Shown one piece after another: positions 27,611 to 36,813 of a stretch of DNA of 64,000 bases. The position numbers were made by a program, and so were the translations under genes. Origin of the DNA: Bacteroidales bacterium UBA5226. GTDB taxonomy: Bacteria > Bacteroidota > Bacteroidia > Bacteroidales > UBA932. The stretch is taken from positions 33,101 through 97,100 of the forward strand of contig DHUU01000001.1 in assembly GCA_002409325.1 (NCBI GenBank), read 5' to 3'. The first letter of the stretch is position 1. The number at the start of each line of letters is the position of its first letter. The notes beneath the pieces are model-generated. The model did no database searches. It worked only from the letters and a program-made list of their open reading frames with translations, and was not told where the DNA came from.

Positions 27611-30600
27611 TATAATTTCAGTTTTTCAGGTTCGCGAATAGATTTGATCTTGTCCTGTTTCCTGTAAAAGAGCCAATAAATAACGGGCAGAAAAACAGAC
27701 ACAAAGAACATAGAAGTAAGAACACCAAAAAAGATGGTGGCTGCCATGGGTGCCCAGAGTGAATCGTTGGTGATTAGCATAGGGATGACTGCAACAGCTG
27801 TAGAAGAAGATGTCTGGAATATGGGCCGGATACGCCGGCATCCCGCCATGAATGCTGCTTCCTTAACGGAATTGCCTTCTGCGCGGAGCGTCTCGGCATA
27901 ATCGAACATGATAATACCGTTTCGAACAACCAGTCCAATCAGGGTCACCAATCCCAGAAAAGTGGTCAGGCTTACCGGCAGACCAAGAACCCAGGTCCCG
28001 GCAAAGGCACCCAGTATACTTAGCAAGGTAGAGCCCATGACCAGTAATGAGAGGGAGATTTTTTTGAAGTGAAATAGCAAGATCAGAAAGATTAGGAAAA
28101 TGGCAATAACTACCCCTTTTAATATGCCGGGCATCATGGATTTGTCGGCCTGGTAGGTGCCGCCGTACTGGTACCAGACCCCATCGGGCATGGGGGTATC
28201 TTCCATAATATCAACAACCTGGTCAAACACGTCGGTGGATATTTTTCCGTACTTCAGGTCCATCATCAGAGTGAGTGTGGGATACCCGTTCCTTCGGACG
28301 ATCTGGGATATGTTCCATTCCGGCTCAAGGGTGGCAATCTGGCGCAACGGGACACCCGCACCCGGTATAATTCCCTGAACGTATTCATCTCCCAGCCTGT
28401 CAGGAGAAGGGGGTTCGTTCTGTCTGTCTGTACGAATCAGCACTGGAACCGTCTTCCCGTCTGACCACATGGAAGTCGCAGGCACCCCGGAATATCTGGA
28501 TGCCAGGTTAAGGGACAGTAATCCCGGATTGATACCCACGTGGGCAGCAGCGACCGGGTCTACGTTAACTCCTATGCCATATTGCATGCCTCCGAAATCG
28601 GAACGGACACTGGCTATGTAGGGGATTTTCCTGAATTCGGCGGCAAGAGAATCTGCCAGAATCATCATGGCTTCCTTGTTTTCTCCCTTGAGCCTTACTT
28701 CTACTTCATTGGCAGATAGCAGGGAATAATCCAGCCTCCTGACCCGGACATACGTACCGGGAAAATAATGCATGTACTTCTCCTGAAATAAAGCCACCAG
28801 GATTTCTGTAGCCTTGTAAGATGGCGTATTGACTATAAACTGACCATAATGAGGCCCGGGTATCTGAGGCGTATAGGAAGCCTGGAAACGGGGGGCACTG
28901 GTGCCGACAAAAGAGGTAATGGCCAATACCCGCTCGTCCTGCTGCATAAGCCTGCGCAGTGAATCAGTCAATTTTTCAGTTTCTCCCACCGAAGAACCGA
29001 ACGGAAGGTAAATTTCAACCACGAACTGGTTTCTGTCTGCCATGGGCATCAGGCGCTTAGGCAACTGCTGGTAAACAAAATAAGGCGCTACCAGGAAAAA
29101 TATGATCACCGCTATCACCCATTTGTGATGGGCAAAGGATTTGCGTAATGTTTTTTCATAGAATATCCCAAATAATTCCAGAATGGAAACGCCTCTCTTA
29201 CTTTTCTGCCGCTGTTTTTCCACCACCTGCTTTAACCCTTTCCGGATAGTAAAGTACTGGAAATAAGGTATGAACAGCATGGCTATCAACAAAGAGACCA
29301 TCAGAGAAATGGAAATGGTCCAGGGCGCCATGAAGATGAACTCTACAAAATTTTCGGGAAATGTCAAATAAAAGGGGAAGAAAGTGATGCTGATGGCCAG
29401 GGTAGCTGAAAAGACTGATTTAAAGTAGGAATTGGCTGCTGTAATGGAAGCTTTCCACCGGCTCATACCCTGATCCAGCAGAGTCATATAATTGTCTATC
29501 ACCACTATGCTATCATCCACGACCATGCCCAGGACAACCAACAGGGAAGCCAGCGTCACAGTGTTGATCTCAAAGCCCAGAACATACATTATCCCCAGGG
29601 ATATGAAAATGGTAATGGGAATGGTTGCTGCGGCAACAGAAGCCACGCGCAGGGGAAGCATCACCATCATTACAGCGATAACTGTCAAAACGGCCAGGAG
29701 CATTTCCTTAAGAAATGAATAAACGGAATCCTTCACCACCTGGGGCTGGTCTGCAATCCGGGAAATGCTAACATCGGGTGGAAGTTCCGATTCAAAGTCC
29801 TTCAGTACCTGGTTCACCTGTTTTCCCAATTCCACCATATCAAATCCCTTGTTCATTTCCATGGACAGGAGCAGGCATTTTTTTCCGTTGTTTGTTATGT
29901 AAGAAGAAGGGGCCGGGTATTCCCTGGCAACACGACCAATATCCTTGACGCGAAGAACATTGCCCAAGGGATCAAAGTAAACCGGCTGTTCCAGAATTTG
30001 TCTTTCGTTCTGATAGGCATTGTTCAGGTGGACCGGGATGCTCCCGTTGAGTGAATTGACCGTTCCGGCAGAAGTTACCAGGCCCGAGGAAAAGAGCTGT
30101 ACCATAATCTGTTGCGTATTTAAAGCATACGCAGCCAGTTTCTCTTTGTCCAGATATATGTTGATTTGTTCCTGCTGCTGGCCATAACGCTTGATATTGG
30201 TTACTATGGGCAGCGGCCTGAGGCGCCCTTCCAGCCTGTCAAGACAGTCATCCAGCTGATCGTATGTCAGGGATTCGCTTTCCAGGGTTATGAGAATGGC
30301 CGAGGTTTCGCCAAACTCACTGATGACCATCAGAGGCAATACTCCGGGAGGCAGCTGGGCTTTGAATTCATCCAGATCGAGGCGCAGGTTTGTATAGAAG
30401 TTGCGTGGCGTTTTTTCCTTTTCTGTAAGATCCAGGACAAAGTAGACTATCCCCTCCCGGGTCAGGGAGTAAGTCTTTTCACGGTCTATCTCTTTATAGC
30501 TGAGGATACGTTTTTCCAGCGGGATGGTAAGTTGTTCTTCCACCTGCTCCGATGAAGCTCCCGGGTAAACACCCACGACCAGGGCATTGCGGATGGTAAA

Positions 30601-30732
30601 ATCGGGATATTCCTTTTTGGGCATATTGGGCAGGGCAAAAATACCCAGGCCAACAAGGAAAGTAACCAGCAGTAAAACGATCTTATGGTTGTGCATTGTC
30701 CATTCGACAATGCTTTTACGTTTTCTACTCAT
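27610..30732 (-). CDS. RND efflux permease (AcrB/HAE1-like)
   Basis: 1040 aa with 12-TM RND topology, including two large periplasmic loops. Confidence 0.9.
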   Translation of the reverse strand: MSRKRKSIVEWTMHNHKIVLLLVTFLVGLGIFALPNMPKKEYPDFTIRNALVVGVYPGASSEQVEEQLTIPLEKRILSYKEIDREKTYSLTREGIVYFVLDLTEKEKTPRNFYTNLRLDLDEFKAQLPPGVLPLMVISEFGETSAILITLESESLTYDQLDDCLDRLEGRLRPLPIVTNIKRYGQQQEQINIYLDKEKLAAYALNTQQIMVQLFSSGLVTSAGTVNSLNGSIPVHLNNAYQNERQILEQPVYFDPLGNVLRVKDIGRVAREYPAPSSYITNNGKKCLLLSMEMNKGFDMVELGKQVNQVLKDFESELPPDVSISRIADQPQVVKDSVYSFLKEMLLAVLTVIAVMMVMLPLRVASVAAATIPITIFISLGIMYVLGFEINTVTLASLLVVLGMVVDDSIVVIDNYMTLLDQGMSRWKASITAANSYFKSVFSATLAISITFFPFYLTFPENFVEFIFMAPWTISISLMVSLLIAMLFIPYFQYFTIRKGLKQVVEKQRQKSKRGVSILELFGIFYEKTLRKSFAHHKWVIAVIIFFLVAPYFVYQQLPKRLMPMADRNQFVVEIYLPFGSSVGETEKLTDSLRRLMQQDERVLAITSFVGTSAPRFQASYTPQIPGPHYGQFIVNTPSYKATEILVALFQEKYMHYFPGTYVRVRRLDYSLLSANEVEVRLKGENKEAMMILADSLAAEFRKIPYIASVRSDFGGMQYGIGVNVDPVAAAHVGINPGLLSLNLASRYSGVPATSMWSDGKTVPVLIRTDRQNEPPSPDRLGDEYVQGIIPGAGVPLRQIATLEPEWNISQIVRRNGYPTLTLMMDLKYGKISTDVFDQVVDIMEDTPMPDGVWYQYGGTYQADKSMMPGILKGVVIAIFLIFLILLFHFKKISLSLLVMGSTLLSILGAFAGTWVLGLPVSLTTFLGLVTLIGLVVRNGIIMFDYAETLRAEGNSVKEAAFMAGCRRIRPIFQTSSSTAVAVIPMLITNDSLWAPMAATIFFGVLTSMFFVSVFLPVIYWLFYRKQDKIKSIREPEKLKL

Positions 30733-31774
30733 TTGTGACGGTTACCTTTATGTTTTCGCTCAATCTCTGATATCCTTCCACCACAATCCTGTCGCCGGGA
30801 GATATTCCTTTCAGTACCGAGATCCCGCCCGGCACAATCTCACCCACCTGGATCATCTTTCTTTGTGCTACATTATCCTGGTCCAGGAGCCATACAAAAT
30901 GACCTTTTCCGAATTCCAGAGGAAGCACGGCGCGAACCGGCACCACAAGAGCAACCTCCATGGGCAGGTTACTCAGAAAAACCTTGCAGACCATACCCGG
31001 AAGCAATCCCGGGACTTCCCGGCCAAGAGAAATCCTGACCTGGTAACCATGGGTATAAGGATGTGCCTGCACGCCTTTTTCTGTTACCTTTCCCTCCAGT
31101 TCCAGGTTCCGGAGTGCTCCTACCACAATACGGGCCGCCTGTCCGGTACGGGTGTCAAATATCTCATTTTCAGGAACAGAAACCCTGACCATGGGATGGT
31201 GCGTATTCAATAAACTCAGCACCGGCTGATCAGGCAATACGTTCATTCCGGGTTCCATCATGCGTTTTCCCACCACCCCGCGTTGTGGGGCAATGAGTTT
31301 GGTTTCTGCCAGGGCCATTGCCGATATGCGCTCGGCAGACCTGGCCTGTTCAAGCTTTGTCTGGATATCGATGTATTGAATTTCCGGCAGGCTCTGGGAT
31401 TCGTACAGCAGGGTCATTCTCTGGTAGGCATCTTCTGCCTGCCTGAGTGCGGCTGCCGTAGTGGCATGCATGTTCTCCAGCAACTCAGCATCGGTCTGGG
31501 CAAGTAATTGTCCTTCCCGTACCTCCTGCCCTTCTTTGACATAAACGTTTTTAATTTTTCCGGGAGTCGGAAAGCTCAATAAGACATTGTTCGATTCTTC
31601 CAACACACCTACATACTCCCTTTCCGAACCTAAAGTGGTTTCGGACACAGTGTGCACACGTACATTTACCGGAAGTGGTAATTTCTGGTGTTTATGCGGC
31701 TTAGACCCACAGGAAGACAGGAGTGAAAGAAGACCAAGAACAATTAATATACCAGATTTTTTGAACAATTCCAT
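30725..31774 (-). CDS. RND periplasmic adaptor (membrane fusion protein) lipoprotein
   Basis: Lipobox LLSSC. Start set to the ATG at 31774, which is 20 nt downstream of a minus-strand TACTTTTG box. The track ORF extends to 31813. Confidence 0.85.
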   Translation of the reverse strand: MELFKKSGILIVLGLLSLLSSCGSKPHKHQKLPLPVNVRVHTVSETTLGSEREYVGVLEESNNVLLSFPTPGKIKNVYVKEGQEVREGQLLAQTDAELLENMHATTAAALRQAEDAYQRMTLLYESQSLPEIQYIDIQTKLEQARSAERISAMALAETKLIAPQRGVVGKRMMEPGMNVLPDQPVLSLLNTHHPMVRVSVPENEIFDTRTGQAARIVVGALRNLELEGKVTEKGVQAHPYTHGYQVRISLGREVPGLLPGMVCKVFLSNLPMEVALVVPVRAVLPLEFGKGHFVWLLDQDNVAQRKMIQVGEIVPGGISVLKGISPGDRIVVEGYQRLSENIKVTVTNE

Positions 31775-31794
31775 AACAGATTGGTTAATGAATG

Positions 31795-31802
31795 CAAAAG
31801 TA
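31795..31802 (-). promoter_or_regulatory. -7 box (TACTTTTG on minus strand) for the RND efflux operon
   Basis: The plus strand reads CAAAAGTA, 20 nt upstream of the ATG at 31774. Confidence 0.45.
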
Positions 31803-31823
31803 ATTAAAATCAATCAAAAGCGT

Positions 31824-31831
31824 TATATTTG
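31824..31831 (+). promoter_or_regulatory. -7 box TATATTTG for queH
   Basis: Exact TAnnTTTG, 12 nt before the ATG at 31844. Confidence 0.45.
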
Positions 31832-31843
31832 CAGCCGATATCT

Positions 31844-32425
31844 ATGAAAAACAACGATAAAAAAATCCTGCTTCATGCCTGTTGTGGCCCCTGTTCCACA
31901 ACAGCCCTGGAACGATTATTACAGGATTATTTCGTAACTGTCTTTTTCTATAATCCGAATATTGCACCGCATAGTGAATATACTCTTCGCAGGGATGAAG
32001 CGAAAAGATATACGGAACAAGCCTATGGCGGGAAGGTTCTTTTTGTAGAAGGTCAGTACAAACCCGATGTTTTTCTTAAAGCTGTAAAGGGATTTGAACA
32101 GGAACCCGAAGGTGGGCTTCGCTGTGAAATATGCTACAGGCTGAGACTGGAAGAAACTGCCCGGTATGCAAAAGAAAACGGTTTTTCACTTTTTTGTACC
32201 ACCTTGACCGTAAGCCCGCACAAAAACGCTTTACTGATCAATAAAACAGGGGAAGATTTGGCGGTTCAATACAACGGACTTACCTACCTGCCTTCAGATT
32301 TCAAAAAACGGAACGGTTTTCGCCGTTCCGTTGAGCTATCACAATCATTCAATATTTACCGCCAGAATTACTGCGGGTGCATATTTTCTTTATCCCCCTA
32401 CTCTATTTGTAAAGGAAACGCTTGA
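31844..32425 (+). CDS. queH: epoxyqueuosine reductase QueH (DUF208)
   Basis: LLHACCGPCS, CEICYRLRL and YCGC cysteine motifs. The ATG at 31844 lies 12 nt after a TATATTTG box. The track's TTG at 31829 falls inside that box. Confidence 0.8.
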   Translation: MKNNDKKILLHACCGPCSTTALERLLQDYFVTVFFYNPNIAPHSEYTLRRDEAKRYTEQAYGGKVLFVEGQYKPDVFLKAVKGFEQEPEGGLRCEICYRLRLEETARYAKENGFSLFCTTLTVSPHKNALLINKTGEDLAVQYNGLTYLPSDFKKRNGFRRSVELSQSFNIYRQNYCGCIFSLSPYSICKGNA

Positions 32426-34049
32426 TGCTGCGTTTGGGGGTCTTTTCAAAAGCTTCGGGCTGTAATTCAATTTTGGCTATACGGCTGAAAACCGGTAGTA
32501 GCATATTGAGTCTCATGCGGTTTTCTTCCATTAAATGTGCCAGGTGCATTGAATCCAGCGACTCCTGGGATACGCGGTCGTAATCGGGAAATACCAGGGC
32601 TACCAGTTTTTTATCGCGCTCCACAACAATTGATTCCACCACGTAGGGCTGGTTGTTCAATTTGTCTTCGATCTCCTCGGGATAAATATTCTGGCCGCTT
32701 GCCCCAATAATCAGGTTCTTGCTGCGTCCCTTTATAAAAAAGTTATTGTCCTTGTCCATAAGCCCCAGGTCACCTGTCCGAAGCCATTGGTCTTTGGTAA
32801 AAGCGGCTGCTGTTGCCTCTGGATTTTTGTAATAGCCTAACATGACATTGTCTCCCCGGGCCTGGATCTCTCCCACAATGGTGCGGGGATCATCGGAATC
32901 AATCCTGAGCGACATCCTGTGCACCGGTTTTCCGCAGGATCCCTTGACAAATTTTCTTGTATCCTCATAAGAAAGCAGCGGTCCGCATTCGGTCATGCCA
33001 TAACCCACGGTATAAGGCAGTTTCACGGCTTTCATCAGATCTTCCACTTCCTGGTTGATGGCCGCACCGCCAATGACAATAGTACGGATCCTTCCGCCAA
33101 AAGCATGTAGCAGTTTCTTGCGGATCTGTTTGTAAATAACAGATGCCAGACCGGGAACTTTCATGATGGATTTTACCATCGGTTTGCGGATGGTGGGAAA
33201 TACGGAACTCTTGAAGATCTTTTCTATCACAAGGGGAACGGTGATCAGCATATAAGGCTTGACTGTTGCCAGGGCATCGAGCAGCACCTTGGGAGAAGGG
33301 ACCTTGCCCAGGAAAAAGATCTGAGTTCCTCCGGCCAGCTGGTAAAGGTATTCAAAGGCCATACCGTACATATGAGCCATTGGCAGCATGGAAACCAGCG
33401 TGTCGCCCGGACCGTTGGGCATTTCGTTTTGTCCGAACTGGATATTGGAACTGATGTTCCTGTAGGTGAGCATTACTCCTTTAGGGGCACTAGTAGTTCC
33501 TGAGGTATAGTTGATCAGCGCCAGGTCATCAAAATTGTCGGTCGGATAACTAACCTGTTCGGGCCCAAATCCGTTGGGATATTTTTCTTTGAAAAGAGCC
33601 TCTATCGAGGCATGGGCCTGACTCACAGCAGGATCGTTAGAATATAGGAGCTCATAGCCTTCCAAGCATATAACAAGTTTCAGACGTGGCATCTTAGCCA
33701 TATCCATCTTTTCCCAAATATCCCGGCTCACAAAAAAGATACAGGCCTCTGAATGGTCTGTCAGTGTCATGACGCTATCGGGTAGAAAATCGTTAAGCAA
33801 TGGCACTGCAACTGCTTCATAAGCAGTAACTGCCAGAAATGATATACCCCACTCTGCACTGTTGGGGCCGCAAAGCGCTACTTTGTCGCCTTTTTTCAAC
33901 CCCAGCTTTTCAAACAGAATATGGTGCCGGGCAACATGCTGGGATATTTCGCCATAAGTATAGGAGTTCTTCTTGTAATTGGTCAGACCGGGCATATTCC
34001 ATGCCGTAACAATACTATTTTGGATGTATTCCAGATAATGAGTTTTCAT
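32403..34049 (-). CDS. AMP-dependent acyl-CoA synthetase (long-chain-fatty-acid-CoA ligase-like)
   Basis: AMP-binding motif YTSGTTSAPKGV and a GYGMTE block. Confidence 0.85.
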   Translation of the reverse strand: MKTHYLEYIQNSIVTAWNMPGLTNYKKNSYTYGEISQHVARHHILFEKLGLKKGDKVALCGPNSAEWGISFLAVTAYEAVAVPLLNDFLPDSVMTLTDHSEACIFFVSRDIWEKMDMAKMPRLKLVICLEGYELLYSNDPAVSQAHASIEALFKEKYPNGFGPEQVSYPTDNFDDLALINYTSGTTSAPKGVMLTYRNISSNIQFGQNEMPNGPGDTLVSMLPMAHMYGMAFEYLYQLAGGTQIFFLGKVPSPKVLLDALATVKPYMLITVPLVIEKIFKSSVFPTIRKPMVKSIMKVPGLASVIYKQIRKKLLHAFGGRIRTIVIGGAAINQEVEDLMKAVKLPYTVGYGMTECGPLLSYEDTRKFVKGSCGKPVHRMSLRIDSDDPRTIVGEIQARGDNVMLGYYKNPEATAAAFTKDQWLRTGDLGLMDKDNNFFIKGRSKNLIIGASGQNIYPEEIEDKLNNQPYVVESIVVERDKKLVALVFPDYDRVSQESLDSMHLAHLMEENRMRLNMLLPVFSRIAKIELQPEAFEKTPKRSIKRFLYK

Positions 34050-34116
34050 AGCAAGTTTCTTTATACCGGTTAAAAATAAGAATTTTTTTGAAATCTCCCC
34101 TTTTCGGACAGATAAT

Positions 34117-35319
34117 TTAGACGTTCCTCAGTATCAGTGCTGTTCCCATTCCGCCTCCTATGCACAAAGAAGCAAGTCCGTAGCGGGCTTTTCTGCGCTT
34201 CATTTCGTAAAGAAGGGTAACGGTTATGCGATTCCCGGATGCACCTATGGGATGTCCCAGTGCTATGGCTCCCCCGTTTACATTGCAATGCGTATCAAGC
34301 CATGACTGGTCCACGCCCTGCTGTTGTTGCAGCGCAAGCATAACGCCAAGGGATTGGGCGGCAAAAGCCTCGTTGAGTTCTACTAGGTCCATCTGATCCA
34401 GTGTCATCCCGGCCCTTTTGAGCACTTTGTCAATAGCCGGTACCGGTCCCATACCCATATAGGCCGGGTCAACACCTGCCTGTGCCGTAGCCACAACTTC
34501 TGCAAGGGGAACCAGGCCATGGTCCTTAATAGCCTTTTCCGAGGCAAGTAATACAAACGAAGCCCCGTCATTTATGCCCGAGGCGTTCGCAGCCGTGACC
34601 GTTCCGTCTTTTTTGAAAGCAGGACGCAGGGAAGCCATTTTTTCCAGCGTTGTGGCCCTGTTGGGGAATTCATCCGTATCGAAAACAATGGTTTCTTTTT
34701 TGCGCACTATATCAACGGGTACAATCTCGTCTTTGAATTTTCCGGCATCAATCGCTTCTATGGCCTTCTGCTGCGATCTGAAAGAAAATGCATCTTGCTG
34801 CTCACGTGTAATGTTGTATTTTTCTGCAACATTCTCTGCGGTTATTCCCATGTGATAATTGCCAAATGCATCGGTCAGTCCGTCACATACCATATGGTCA
34901 ACGGCTTTGAAATCTCCCATTTTGATTCCTTCCCTTATCCCCTGCATGACAAATCCAGAGGAAGACATGTTTTCTACCCCTCCGGCAAGTACAACCGATG
35001 CCTGCCCGGCAAGGATGGACTGGCATCCGTTCATTATCGATTTCATGCCGCTGCCACAGATCATATTGACTCCGTATGCAGGAACATGGTGAGGAATCCC
35101 TGCCTTTACTGAAGCCTGACGCGCAACTCCCTGTTTTTGTCCGGCCATAAGAATGTTCCCTACAATTACTTCATCAATAACAGATGGATCCAGTTTTGTT
35201 TCTTCCAGAATATTGCGGATGACTATCGCTGCTATGTCGGCAGGGCTGATACTGGTTAATGATCCCATCATTTTTCCGATGGCTGTACGTTTTGCTGCTA
35301 CGATGTATATTTTTTCCAT
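34117..35319 (-). CDS. acetyl-CoA C-acetyltransferase (thiolase)
   Basis: Active-site blocks NMICGSGMKS, GHPIGASG and CIGGGMG. Confidence 0.9.
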   Translation of the reverse strand: MEKIYIVAAKRTAIGKMMGSLTSISPADIAAIVIRNILEETKLDPSVIDEVIVGNILMAGQKQGVARQASVKAGIPHHVPAYGVNMICGSGMKSIMNGCQSILAGQASVVLAGGVENMSSSGFVMQGIREGIKMGDFKAVDHMVCDGLTDAFGNYHMGITAENVAEKYNITREQQDAFSFRSQQKAIEAIDAGKFKDEIVPVDIVRKKETIVFDTDEFPNRATTLEKMASLRPAFKKDGTVTAANASGINDGASFVLLASEKAIKDHGLVPLAEVVATAQAGVDPAYMGMGPVPAIDKVLKRAGMTLDQMDLVELNEAFAAQSLGVMLALQQQQGVDQSWLDTHCNVNGGAIALGHPIGASGNRITVTLLYEMKRRKARYGLASLCIGGGMGTALILRNV

Positions 35320-35338
35320 AATATTGATTTAATTTTAA

Positions 35339-35992
35339 TTACATATTTTTTAAGTTTTTCGAAATGATCAGCCGGCAACCGGTTGCCTCCTGCACCTGTT
35401 CCAGGGTAAACTCACTGTTGATTTCTTTGAGCATCAGACCATCCGGAGTTACATCCATAACACCCATTTCTGTGATAATCCGATCTACCTGGCAGGCTGC
35501 CGTCAGGGGAAGGGTGCAGTTTTTTAGGATTTTATGTTCTCCTTTGGCAGTATGCTCCATAGTCACGATGACTTTTCTTGCACCGGTGATCAGGTCCATG
35601 GCCCCTCCAATTCCCGGAGTCTTGATTCCGGGTATAGACCAGTTTGCTATGTTTCCTTTTTCATCTACCTGCAACGATCCCAGCATGGTAACATCCACAT
35701 GTCCCCCCCGGATGATGGCAAATGATGTAGCGGAATCAAAACAGGAAGCCCCCGGCTTCAATGTAATCGGCCCTCCCCCGGCATCAATCAGATCAGGATC
35801 TTCGTGACCCGGTTCAGGCGGGTTTCCCATACCCATGCATCCATTCTCGGATTGCATGATCACTTTGACTTTAGGCGACAGGTATTTCAAAACCTGTGTA
35901 GGCAGTCCTATGCCCAGATTTACAACGTCTCCGTCTTTCAATTCAATGGCTGCGCGACGCGCAATAGTTTCCCTGACTTGATTCTTGTCCAT
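35339..35992 (-). CDS. 3-oxoacid/acetoacetate CoA-transferase subunit B
   Basis: NLGIGLPT block and the catalytic-Glu SENG motif (MQSENGCMG). Confidence 0.85.
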   Translation of the reverse strand: MDKNQVRETIARRAAIELKDGDVVNLGIGLPTQVLKYLSPKVKVIMQSENGCMGMGNPPEPGHEDPDLIDAGGGPITLKPGASCFDSATSFAIIRGGHVDVTMLGSLQVDEKGNIANWSIPGIKTPGIGGAMDLITGARKVIVTMEHTAKGEHKILKNCTLPLTAACQVDRIITEMGVMDVTPDGLMLKEINSEFTLEQVQEATGCRLIISKNLKNM

Positions 35993-36013
35993 GATTTTAT
36001 GCTTAAAAAATTT

Positions 36014-36811
36014 TTATTTTATGGTTTTACTTTTTCTTTTTACAAATTCCTGGGCTACAAAGGAAGCCACATCATTGGCATAGGTATTGACGCCGAAACC
36101 AGCATCAAAGCCGATTTCTTTGGCCAGTTCATGCGATATCCGTGGACCACCACAAACAAGTATCATGCGGCTTCTGATTCCTTCGGCCTCGGCCATCTCT
36201 ATCAGCTCCGTACAATTCTTTATGTGAATGTCTTTCTGGGTAACTGTCTGGGAAACAAGCACGGCATCTGCCGAATGATGGATTGCCTTGGCAATAAGTT
36301 CTTCATTGGACACCTGGGAACCTAGATTGTATGCTTCAATCATAGCGTAGCGTTCCAGCCCGTAACGACCGGCATATCCTTTCATGTTCATAATGGCATC
36401 GATACCCACTGTATGGGCATCTGATCCCGTGCTGGCCCCCACCATGACCAGTTTGCGGCCTATGTGTTCCCGTATGTAGTCATCCACCTGCTGCATATCC
36501 ATAACCCTGCTATCAACCCTGGGGACGCGAATGGTGGCATAGTTCACGGTATGGTGAAGACTTCCGTAACAGTTGAAAAAAGTGTAACCGGGAGTTAGTT
36601 CCTTTGTATAGACTACCTGGGGGTTGTCCATACCCATGCTGCGGATCAATTGTTTGGCTGCTTCTATGGCTTCCGGTCCAGAGGGAACCGGCAAGGTAAA
36701 GCTGAGTTGTACTTTTCCGTCGTTCATGGTATCTCCGTACGGCTTTACCCTTTTGAGATCCAATGTTTTATCAAAATCCTGTACTTCTGTTGAATATAAA
36801 CCTCCGCCCAT
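36014..36811 (-). CDS. kamE: beta-lysine (D-lysine) 5,6-aminomutase beta subunit, B12-binding
   Basis: DxHxxG cobalamin loop in GASTGSDAHTVGIDAI. 265 aa. Directly downstream of the alpha subunit gene. Confidence 0.85.
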   Translation of the reverse strand: MGGGLYSTEVQDFDKTLDLKRVKPYGDTMNDGKVQLSFTLPVPSGPEAIEAAKQLIRSMGMDNPQVVYTKELTPGYTFFNCYGSLHHTVNYATIRVPRVDSRVMDMQQVDDYIREHIGRKLVMVGASTGSDAHTVGIDAIMNMKGYAGRYGLERYAMIEAYNLGSQVSNEELIAKAIHHSADAVLVSQTVTQKDIHIKNCTELIEMAEAEGIRSRMILVCGGPRISHELAKEIGFDAGFGVNTYANDVASFVAQEFVKRKSKTIK

Positions 36812-36813
36812 AA

